Below the pieces are notes generated by a model. It searched no databases and was not told the origin of the DNA. It saw nothing but the letters and a program-made list of their open reading frames with translations. Shown piece by piece: positions 10,911 to 19,547 of a stretch of 64,000 bases of DNA; the first letter of the stretch is position 1, and the number at the start of each line of letters is the position of its first letter. A program made the position numbers and the translations under genes. The stretch comes from Tetramitus jugosus (lineage: Eukaryota > Protista > Heterolobosea): positions 1 to 64,000 of the forward strand of contig OW569390.1 in NCBI GenBank assembly GCA_937625935.1, read 5' to 3'.

Positions 10911-11040
10911 GCCCGTTGCTGTCTTAGTCGATTACTCGCAGAAGTCAGACGCTGACTCGGTGGTTAGTTAGGTGGTTGAATTGACACCAAGCCGGCGTCA
11001 ATTTGCGAAACCGACAGCAAGGTAGGCACTTTACCACCTA
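10911..11040. ncRNA. Candidate structured RNA (multi-stem, pseudoknot), family unknown
   Basis: GC-richer island. Stems 10916-23/11013-20 (8 bp), 10943-48/10952-57, 10979-88/10994-11003. Crossing helix 10969-76/11033-40 (8 bp). Confidence 0.5.
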
Positions 11041-11116
11041 CTTCTAAAAATCTCTCATTTCAAAATTCTCTCGAAAGCATTCCAGGCTGTGAAGAACATT
11101 GAAAGGAAGAGTTCAT

Positions 11117-12343
11117 TCAATGATAGAAGTGAATGTCACCTGCCAGAGGCCTGATTATGTTCAGTTTGGCTGTACCGGTACAATGAGAGGCAACGTGACG
11201 AATGAGAGACTTCATTGCATCTTTCCCCTGATTGATATCCGTGTACACAGGCCTCTCAATCATAGGAATTTCATGATCTGAGAGAACTGTCTCGAACTGT
11301 GATTGCTCTTGGTGGGGCAATTGGACATAATGCTGCTCAATTCTATCGGCTGTCATCTGTAATTGATGATAAATCTTAATTTCAAACTGAGTTATGCGAT
11401 TTCTGAGGGCTCTCTTGATTGCAGTTGCTTTGATATCGTCAATTTTTTGATTGAGAATCAAAGCCCACACCTGCCATTCTTGAGCCAAAAGATCAGAATT
11501 TCCCTTGTTTGAATTCGTGTAGAATAGAGTCTTAATCTTATACATTGCACCAGAATCAAATCTGAGGACACAACCTTCGGATCCCTGCACACCCTTTATC
11601 TCCTCCATCATGTCACTAAAATTGGTAGAGTTTAACCTCCAGGCATGTACAACAGGAACTCTATCTGATGCAGCTTCCACCATATCTTCATATCTGATGT
11701 ACGTACCAGTATCTCTATTCCTTAAAGCAGTTAATATCAATTTAGTTTCCTCATGACAGATAACTATCTTCTTCTTGGCATTACAGAACTCAAATATAGG
11801 AGTAAACCCTCTTTCAATCCATTCTCGACAAAACGTCACATATGATTCATATATTTTCTCATTGGTATGCAAGAACTGGTACACCAACTTTGCGTTCTTG
11901 TTGTTGATACCGGTCTTACTGGCAAACTCTATCCTATCATCCTTCCGGTCCAATAGTGCAGTTACAAAGTACCCATCGAGCTTTTCCAATAGGACATATC
12001 CATTGTTGCTGTCGTTGCTCTTTTCGAGCTGGTTAAAAATCACATGTTCATCGCATTCATCCAACTCATTCACATTGAAAAACTTGTGATAGGCCCTTGA
12101 CAGAACTTCGCCTGTTTCAGCATCACATATCAGACCTCTGCACTCCCTTCTAATCAAATAATCATTCCGTAGTTTTTCATCATTGTGAACCAATGATGCA
12201 TCGTTCGGATCAGGAAACGTATCTGCTTTTCCAAATTTGTAGTTGAAGATGACGAGTCCGTCTTTTGTTGTTTCTGAGAAATCCTTGCAATTGTGGATAC
12301 TCTGCCTCACTTGATCCACATGAGTAATGATTGGGAACAACAT
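11117..12343 (-). CDS. T4 RNA ligase 1 (Rnl1) family ATP-dependent RNA ligase
   Basis: RECRGLI, HKFFNVNE, motif I EKLDG, TPIFEF, motif IV EGCVLRF, motif V YKIKT. Likely start MLFPII after an A-rich leader. Confidence 0.9.
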   Translation of the reverse strand: MLFPIITHVDQVRQSIHNCKDFSETTKDGLVIFNYKFGKADTFPDPNDASLVHNDEKLRNDYLIRRECRGLICDAETGEVLSRAYHKFFNVNELDECDEHVIFNQLEKSNDSNNGYVLLEKLDGYFVTALLDRKDDRIEFASKTGINNKNAKLVYQFLHTNEKIYESYVTFCREWIERGFTPIFEFCNAKKKIVICHEETKLILTALRNRDTGTYIRYEDMVEAASDRVPVVHAWRLNSTNFSDMMEEIKGVQGSEGCVLRFDSGAMYKIKTLFYTNSNKGNSDLLAQEWQVWALILNQKIDDIKATAIKRALRNRITQFEIKIYHQLQMTADRIEQHYVQLPHQEQSQFETVLSDHEIPMIERPVYTDINQGKDAMKSLIRHVASHCTGTAKLNIIRPLAGDIHFYH

Positions 12344-12658
12344 GTTTGTTCTTTTGCTTTCTTTTTTTTTGTTGTTGTTCTTGATTTTCTTCAATTCTGG
12401 CTTTGATTGGGACATGAATTTCCGTGGATTACTGGTCACAACAATACAACTATTTATGCCCATATTAACCAGTTTCCTCCACATCAAATCTGATCCTATC
12501 AAAGAACAGAATGACAAAGAGGACATAAAAGGAGTTAAAACGTTGATTCCCACGAAACAAGCAGTGCTGCTTGTTCACAGTATATTTGGAAATGAAAAGA
12601 AACCTCATTTCGTGCAATTGCTATTGGCGCCCTTTTCAGCACCGCTGGAATAGTTGTT

Positions 12659-13903
12659 ATGCACTACCTTGGAATGATGTCCATGGACATACAGAGTGTT
12701 AAAGCAATGTATAATCCAGGTGTAGTAATAGCCTCTATTATTACAGGCTATATTGTGTCATGTGTTGGCTTGTGGTTAGCAATGAACGTGACCAATGAGT
12801 ACCAGCAAGTGCTGAGTGCTTTGGTAGCAGCACTAGCTGTCTGTGGAACTCATTACATAGGAATGGTTTCTGCCACATACAAGCCAGTTCTCACTGCCAA
12901 GCAAAATTCCCAGACGAGAACACTCTCGAACTATGAAATTACTCTGGTTGTCACACTATCCACGACAATAACTTGCTTTGTCATGCTAATGGTCTCCAGC
13001 ATTTCGAACCGAAAAAGACTGTTATTGATTGCAAAGACAACTATGGAACTAGACGACGAGAAGAAGAAAGTTGAACTCAGTCAAACATCTGTTGATAAAT
13101 TAAGCAGCCTAATCAAAAAGATTTCCTTTGAAGAGCATCAAACTCGAAGAGTACTTAATTTGGTATCGGATGGAGTATGCATTATTAACAGGGAGGGACT
13201 AATTCTGAAGTGTAACGCTGCTTTTGAGAAGATCTGCTCCCTGAACAGTCAGTCTATGAATCTTTCACATTACTTACCGCTCGACTTGCATGAAATTTTC
13301 CAGACCAAGACAAACAAATTCGAAGTACGCCTGGAAAATAAGATATGGGGCATAATAGAAGTTAGGATTAGCTCCAGTGTCGAGGAAGGTGACACAACTT
13401 TCTGCATCCTTGTGTTAAGTAACATCTCTCTTCTTCCAGAAACTCAGAGGAATCGTAAGAGTACCATCCATCAATCAGACTCTGAAAACCAGAAACAACC
13501 GCAAAACAAACGAGCAGCATTACTCGAGAAAACATTAGATAGTGATGATGCAGTCTCTGAGTTTAGATCATTCTGTAAGAAGGAGATGTGTGACGAAAAT
13601 ATGGAGTTTGTATTAAGTGTGAGAGAGTACAAGAGTAGTGGAGATATTCTAAAGCGTGAGCAACAAATGCTAATCGTGAGTACATATTTGAAGAAGGGAT
13701 CACCTAAGCAGCTGAACTTGCCTGAATCGATTCTCCAACAAGCAACAACAGAGATTTCTTCTGGTTATGGTCAACCAGACCTTTTTGATTCATTAGAGGT
13801 GCGAGTCAAAGAGATACTGCATGACAGCCACTTCAGATTCTTGCAACAAACTTCTGGAGATCAGGCGAAAAAAATTGATTTGAACAGCGAGGTACTTATC
13901 TGA
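12659..13903 (+). CDS. MHYT-PAS-RGS signalling protein, probably 5'-truncated
   Basis: MHYLGM and THYIGM MHYT repeats, PAS (DGVCIINREGLILKCNAAFEK), RGS (FRSFCKKEMCDENMEF...SPKQLNL). The MHYT frame extends upstream only to TGA at 12593. Confidence 0.8.
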   Translation: MHYLGMMSMDIQSVKAMYNPGVVIASIITGYIVSCVGLWLAMNVTNEYQQVLSALVAALAVCGTHYIGMVSATYKPVLTAKQNSQTRTLSNYEITLVVTLSTTITCFVMLMVSSISNRKRLLLIAKTTMELDDEKKKVELSQTSVDKLSSLIKKISFEEHQTRRVLNLVSDGVCIINREGLILKCNAAFEKICSLNSQSMNLSHYLPLDLHEIFQTKTNKFEVRLENKIWGIIEVRISSSVEEGDTTFCILVLSNISLLPETQRNRKSTIHQSDSENQKQPQNKRAALLEKTLDSDDAVSEFRSFCKKEMCDENMEFVLSVREYKSSGDILKREQQMLIVSTYLKKGSPKQLNLPESILQQATTEISSGYGQPDLFDSLEVRVKEILHDSHFRFLQQTSGDQAKKIDLNSEVLI

Positions 13904-13930
13904 ACAGAATGAGCGATTCAATACCAATGA

Positions 13931-14641
13931 TTAATATCGACGCTCATACATGACGTCAGACCTCAGAATGTATTTGATACCGTCTTTCAGCATTGCTCCT
14001 TCATGATACAAATCTGAATCTTCTTGTAAAAACACTAGAGCCAAACCAGGTTCCGGTACAATTTCACTCACTAGTTTACCAGTTTCTAAATCCAAAAAGT
14101 TGGTTGATCCACCTTCAAAATGCACTTCTCCATCGACCAACTCATCAGTCTTGGGTCCATTCAGGTACAACATGAATGTTAGCATCGATTCAAGTCTATC
14201 CTTTGCATACTTTCCATCACAATGACCACCAAAGTAATGACCCTTCAAATATCTACAATATCGCCACCTACAATTTAAGGAATGAAGCCTGTACTCTTTA
14301 ACAACACTCGTTCTCCCTTTGGCAGGCATTGTTTGAGGTAACAAGTGACGTACACGATCCCACACGAGTTGTGAAAAAGATGTGTCATCAGACATTAGTC
14401 TATCATTGTAACGATCTCTGTAGAGAAAACTGTACGACTCTGCATCTTCATATCCCTTCTGTTCACTTGCAACAATCAAATGTTGGCATTCTTCTCTGGA
14501 AAGGACATTTTTGAGAATGAAGCAAGGCTTGTTTGGTTTAGCAACTGACTCAACGTCCTCTTTGATTACTTGTTGTTCGTTGCTATTAAATTTGGTACGA
14601 ATAGCATCAAAAACTGGCGCATAAGGTGATTGGTTGGACAT
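13931..14641 (-). CDS. 2OG-Fe(II) oxygenase, prolyl 4-hydroxylase-like
   Basis: NVLSREECQHLI, HCDG (HxD), LTFMLYLN, GGSTNF, YHEG, KYILRSDVMY. Confidence 0.9.
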   Translation of the reverse strand: MSNQSPYAPVFDAIRTKFNSNEQQVIKEDVESVAKPNKPCFILKNVLSREECQHLIVASEQKGYEDAESYSFLYRDRYNDRLMSDDTSFSQLVWDRVRHLLPQTMPAKGRTSVVKEYRLHSLNCRWRYCRYLKGHYFGGHCDGKYAKDRLESMLTFMLYLNGPKTDELVDGEVHFEGGSTNFLDLETGKLVSEIVPEPGLALVFLQEDSDLYHEGAMLKDGIKYILRSDVMYERRY

Positions 14642-14789
14642 GTTTGTTTTTTTGCTGTTTTTTGTAGTTCTGTCTGGTGAACTTCAATCTGGGAAATTGA
14701 GCACAACGCGGGTTATCTGCGGTGTATTCATCTGCCCGATAAGCACGAACTGTTCGAAGTTCACAAACACAACACCCAGAGGAGATATC

Positions 14790-15677
14790 ATGAATACCTC
14801 ATTCAACCTTGAATCTATTGCGGAGTTGCATGAAAAGATAAAGCAGGCTGACTGTATCCTAATAGGAGCGGGTGCTGGGCTATCTGCCGCAGCTGGGATT
14901 GACTATGGTGACACCGAGACTTTCAAGAGGCTTTTTGCGCCACTCGTGGAGCAGGGGTTCAGCAGGCAATATGAACTAATTGGTTTTGATAACTGGACAG
15001 AGGAGGAAAAGTGGGCATACTGGTCCATTCATGTCAGCCATGTACGATTCCAGTATCCGCCAAGTCCAATGTACCAAGCCTTGCTAGATCTGATCAAGAA
15101 CAAAGATTATTTTGTGATCACGTCGAATGTGGATGCCATGTTCCATAAGACTGGGTTTGACCAAAGCAGGATATTCACTCCTCAAGGTGATTATGCTCTT
15201 CTGCAATGTGTGAGAGCATGCACAGAGGAGACCTGGATGACCAAGCCAACAATTGATCAAATTTTGCCTGCTATTGATCAGAAGACACTGATTGTTACGG
15301 ATTCTACATTGATACCACACTGCCCACACTGTGGTGCTTCCGTTTTCATGAATGTACGATTGGATCGTTTCTTCGTAGAAAAACCATACAAGCAACAAAG
15401 AGAACTGTATTATAGATTCGTGGAGAACACCTTCTCTAAGAAATTATTGTTATTGGAGTTTGGGGTAGGCTTCAACACACCAGGCGTTATACGAATACCG
15501 TTCGAAAGAATCGTACATCGCCATCCTGATGCAACACTCGTCAGAATCAATAGTCATCATCCTCAAATACCTGCAGAAATCGAAGACAAATCCATCTCCA
15601 TCGCAAGTGATGCCAATGTTGTCATTCAAGCTCTCCATGAGCTGGAAAAAGTCAAAGATAGTTCACAATCAGTATGA
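14790..15677 (+). CDS. Class M sirtuin (SirTM-like, ADP-ribosyltransferase type)
   Basis: IGAGAGLSAAAG, YFVITSNVD, PQGDY (Gln at the usual catalytic His), Zn ligands CVRAC/CPHC, LEFGVGFNTPGVIRIPFE. Confidence 0.85.
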   Translation: MNTSFNLESIAELHEKIKQADCILIGAGAGLSAAAGIDYGDTETFKRLFAPLVEQGFSRQYELIGFDNWTEEEKWAYWSIHVSHVRFQYPPSPMYQALLDLIKNKDYFVITSNVDAMFHKTGFDQSRIFTPQGDYALLQCVRACTEETWMTKPTIDQILPAIDQKTLIVTDSTLIPHCPHCGASVFMNVRLDRFFVEKPYKQQRELYYRFVENTFSKKLLLLEFGVGFNTPGVIRIPFERIVHRHPDATLVRINSHHPQIPAEIEDKSISIASDANVVIQALHELEKVKDSSQSV

Positions 15678-15757
15678 ATACTCACTTGTGTAGACACAGT
15701 TATCAATCAAATAAAACCATGAACGAACCTTGTCGTTTTGCGAACACAGGTATAAAT

Positions 15758-17170
15758 CTACTGTGTGTTGATTAGAAGATAATTTTGCTCATATAATTTC
15801 AAATAGTCAACCACCTTTTTGATGAAAGCATTGCTTCTCCCACAGTCACACCAATACACTCTTTGGATATTGATCAAATAAGGCAATATATTCTCTGTAA
15901 TTGATTCTTGCTTACATCCATTCATGTAAAGAGTGGAAAGACCAGCCAAATGAGGAAACGCATTATCTGTGATGCTCTTGCAATGGCTAATATTGAGAGT
16001 GCGAAGTCCAACTAAATGAGAAAAACTATTATCTGTAATTTGATCACAACCACATACATAGAGCGTATGGAGACCAGTTAAGTGAGTGAGTGCATTGTCT
16101 GTGATTCTCTTGCAAGCAGTCAAATTGAGAGTGTGCAGCCCAACCAAATGAGTGAAAGCATCATCTGTGATTTGATCACAACCGCTGATATCAAGAGTGT
16201 GAATATTAGATATATGAGAAAAGGCTTGATCTGTGATTTTCTTGCAACTACTCATATTGAGTGTGTGGATGCCAGACAAATGAGGAAATGCATGGTCTGT
16301 AATTTGCCCACAACCCATCATATCGAGTGTGTGAATACCTGTCAAGTGACAAAATGCTGTGTCTGTGACATTCCTGCAATATTGCATCTTGAGTGTATGA
16401 ATACCAGTCAAAAAGCTAATTCCATCGTCAGTGATTTTGTCACACAGGAGCATACGGAGTGTGTGAATACCCGTCAAATAACGGAGTGCGTTGTCTGTGA
16501 TTTGACTGCAATTAAGGATACCGAGAGTATGAATGCCAATCAAATGGGAGAAGGCATCGTCTGTAATTGTGGTGCAATAGCTCATATCGAGAGTGTGAAT
16601 ACCCGCCAAATGAGCGAACGCATGATCTGTGATTCCCCTACAACGAATCATTTTAAGAGTATGAATGCCAGACAGATGAGAAAAGGCACTGCCTGTGAAA
16701 TCTCTGCTACCACTGATATCTAGTGTGTGAATGCCATTCAAGTGAGAAAAGGCACGATCTGTGAGTTGACTGCAATTTCTCATATCAAGCGTGTAAATAC
16801 CTTTCAAAAATCGTAAATGCTCATCCAAGACAAAAGGATTCTCGTTCAAGCAAACATTAAACAGCGTTCCCTCGCTCAACCGAAACCAGTGTTCAATTTC
16901 TTTCTCGTCCAGGTCTCTCTTTAGCGTTCTAGTCTTGTTGCACATGATCAAATGATCGAATTTGAATTGATTGATCCCTTTGCAAGTGCAACTCAATTGA
17001 AGCCATTCTCGGGTGTCACAATACTCAATGATATTGGTCCACGTGTCCTTGCACAGTCCAGAACAAATTTCAATGATCTCATTGTTCCTGACATTGCTAT
17101 TCTCTCCATTTCGCTTGGTTGTTGTTCGATTGTCATCATCAGTAAATTTGATGGATTGTTTGTTTCCCAT
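15758..17170 (-). CDS. F-box/leucine-rich repeat protein
   Basis: MGNKQS start (possible myristoylation), F-box-like LCKDTWTNIIEYC...LSCTCK, and about 13 tandem 25-aa repeats LTGIHTLDMxxCxxITDxAFxH. Confidence 0.9.
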   Translation of the reverse strand: MGNKQSIKFTDDDNRTTTKRNGENSNVRNNEIIEICSGLCKDTWTNIIEYCDTREWLQLSCTCKGINQFKFDHLIMCNKTRTLKRDLDEKEIEHWFRLSEGTLFNVCLNENPFVLDEHLRFLKGIYTLDMRNCSQLTDRAFSHLNGIHTLDISGSRDFTGSAFSHLSGIHTLKMIRCRGITDHAFAHLAGIHTLDMSYCTTITDDAFSHLIGIHTLGILNCSQITDNALRYLTGIHTLRMLLCDKITDDGISFLTGIHTLKMQYCRNVTDTAFCHLTGIHTLDMMGCGQITDHAFPHLSGIHTLNMSSCKKITDQAFSHISNIHTLDISGCDQITDDAFTHLVGLHTLNLTACKRITDNALTHLTGLHTLYVCGCDQITDNSFSHLVGLRTLNISHCKSITDNAFPHLAGLSTLYMNGCKQESITENILPYLINIQRVYWCDCGRSNAFIKKVVDYLKLYEQNYLLINTQ

Positions 17171-17284
17171 GTATCTAGGAGTGTTGTTCGTGTTTTTTGT
17201 TCCCTGAGAAGGACGGAAAGATAAATCAGAGCACACCACATTATTTACTATTTCGTCATTCCGACCAGATTTATTGAATTAGAG

Positions 17285-18041
17285 TCACAATAGTCAACCA
17301 CCTTTCAATGAATGTATTGTCTCGTCCGCTATAATGGATAAATGCTTTGTCTGTGATTTTCTCAGTCACTCATATTAAGTGTGTGAATGCCAGTCAGATG
17401 AATGAATGCATTGTCTGTAATTTGTTCACAACCACTCACATCAAGAGTACGAATGCCAGTCAAATGAACGAATGCCCCCTCTGTAATTCGAGTGCAAAAC
17501 CTCATGAGAAGTGTGCGTATGCCAGTCACATGATGAAATGCATTGTTCAATATCAAGCGTATTAATACCAGTCAAATGAGGAAATGCCTTGTCTGTAATT
17601 TGGTTGCAAGTACGCATACAGAGTGTGTGAATGCCAGTTAATATTGAAATGCATTGTCTGTGATATGATGGCAGTAAGTAATATCAAGTGTGTGAATACC
17701 GGTCAAATGAGAAACGGCCTGATCTGTGAGTTGACTGCAACTACTCCTATCAAGCGTGTGAATACCCTCCAAGAATTGAAAATATTCATCCCTGGCGTAA
17801 GGATTCTCGTTCAAGCAAACATTAAACAGTGTTCCTTTGCTAAATTGACCAGTGTTCAATCTCTTGTTCTCAATGTTTAGTGTTCTTCTCTTGTTGAACA
17901 AGAGCAAACGATTGAATTTGAATTGGTTGATTCTTTTGCAAGTGTAACTCAATCGCAACCATTCTGGAGTGTCACAAAACTCAATGATTCTAGACATGAT
18001 AGATCCACACAAATACTCACCTTTTCATTCCTCGTGAACAT
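17285..18041 (-). pseudogene. Degenerate tandem paralog of the F-box/LRR gene
   Basis: IIEFCDTPEWLRLSYTCK, GTLFNVCLNENP and LRR units split over frames. 3' end similar to 15800-15840. Confidence 0.85.
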
Positions 18042-18187
18042 TTTTTCAACCTCACATTGAAACTTGGTGTTGTTCGCCAAAGAAAAGCGGATTATTCTCC
18101 AGTTGGAACTCCCCTTGTAGGAACTTTGCCTGATAATAATAACTCAAGACCAACACAAAAACCAAAAAGACCACAAACAACAAAAGA

Positions 18188-19516
18188 ATGTCCAGACGTG
18201 TTTACTTTGCTGGCAAGAATCATTTTGGTCTCAGACCAGACAACTCGTCCACTACGGTCCAACATGATGTTGATCCAGAAAGTCTCACACCTCGTCGCAT
18301 ACCAGTGTACTTTGAAATTTATGAGCCATTTTTGGCAAAGCCATTGAGACGTCAGTCGGTCAAACAAATGGTATGCACAAACGATTCGTGTTACCTGTTG
18401 ACTACGGAAATGTCTCAAGTGTTCTTTATGGGTGATGAAAATCATCGTGACAAGGAATTGCTTAATGTCCTTTCATCTCCATCGACATCTGCATCTGCAT
18501 CTGCAGAGATGAGTAGTGGTGGTAGTGGTAGTGGTGGTGGTGAAACATCAAAGCATATCGCTCATTTGGCTGCTTTGGATCATTGCTACATTAGTTTGCT
18601 TGGAACAGCGAGACAGAGCACTTTTTACTATTCGTCAATGTTGAATCAAATGTGGTTCACTGGTACGAATTTTGTTGATCATTCGGCCATTGTTCCCGAC
18701 TTGACTCAAGTACAACTGCCAGTTGAACTGCACAACAAGGAGATTGTGAAGATGAATGGAACGGACAGTTCAATGTGTTTCCTGACAAATGATGGTTGTT
18801 TGTACGCACTTGGCAAGTTTAGTGCCGTGGAGAGGACCATGTCAAGAATGAAGATTCCTGGTGTAATGGGTGAAGATCATTCTCCAGCGTATGTCGTAGA
18901 TGTGCAATCCGGTCACGATCACACATTGGTCCTGTTGAGCAATGGTCAATGTTATGGTATCGGCTCATCGGGCTATGGTCAATTGGCATCAGAAGGAACC
19001 AAAGAAGTACTTACATTGTGTGACATTACTGGAAAGGTCACATGGATACGGGCCTGCTCCTATCACTCGTTCTTTGGAACGGAAGATGGATGTGTGTATG
19101 CTAGTGGATACAATGTAGATCACCGACTGGCGATTGACAATACGCAATACGCTTTGACGCCTCCGCGAAAGCTTGATTTTCCAACTGGACAAGTGAAACA
19201 GTTGTTTGGTTATGTGAGCACGATGATTATCGATAAAAAGAACGAAGTGTACACGACTGGAGCCAATGATGGAGGAGATTGTGGACACAACACGTCCGAC
19301 TCTATGGTCAAGACAACTTCATTATTAACACAACCAGCTGACATGATTCAACAAATTGCAAGTGGGGATTTTGTAATTGATTTTGCCTCCGGAATTTATT
19401 TCCGCTTCCTTTACTTCAAGCCAGATCCGAAGAATGCGCACACATTCGCAAAGAAATTGCTGTCTGTTCAGAGGAGACAACAACTACTGGATGTAGATAT
19501 CATTACAGAACAATAA
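18188..19516 (+). CDS. RCC1-like repeat protein
   Basis: VQSGHDHTLVLLSNGQCYGIGSSGYGQL, CSYHSFF...VYASGYN, VYTTGANDGGDCG. Confidence 0.85.
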   Translation: MSRRVYFAGKNHFGLRPDNSSTTVQHDVDPESLTPRRIPVYFEIYEPFLAKPLRRQSVKQMVCTNDSCYLLTTEMSQVFFMGDENHRDKELLNVLSSPSTSASASAEMSSGGSGSGGGETSKHIAHLAALDHCYISLLGTARQSTFYYSSMLNQMWFTGTNFVDHSAIVPDLTQVQLPVELHNKEIVKMNGTDSSMCFLTNDGCLYALGKFSAVERTMSRMKIPGVMGEDHSPAYVVDVQSGHDHTLVLLSNGQCYGIGSSGYGQLASEGTKEVLTLCDITGKVTWIRACSYHSFFGTEDGCVYASGYNVDHRLAIDNTQYALTPPRKLDFPTGQVKQLFGYVSTMIIDKKNEVYTTGANDGGDCGHNTSDSMVKTTSLLTQPADMIQQIASGDFVIDFASGIYFRFLYFKPDPKNAHTFAKKLLSVQRRQQLLDVDIITEQ

Positions 19517-19547
19517 ATTGAGTGCTTGTTCGAGACAGCCTGTCTAC

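Noticed and set aside
10939-10960. AGAAGUCA...UGAC resembling hairpin-ribozyme loop A; also an HDV-like reading of 10911-11045
   Set aside because: No N-GUC cleavage strand or loop B. For HDV, L3 is too long and P1/P1.1 do not fit on either strand.
16082-16723. 213-aa repetitive plus-strand ORF; 75-bp periodicity resembling a CRISPR array
   Set aside because: Antisense of the LRR coding repeats; there is no repeat-spacer structure.
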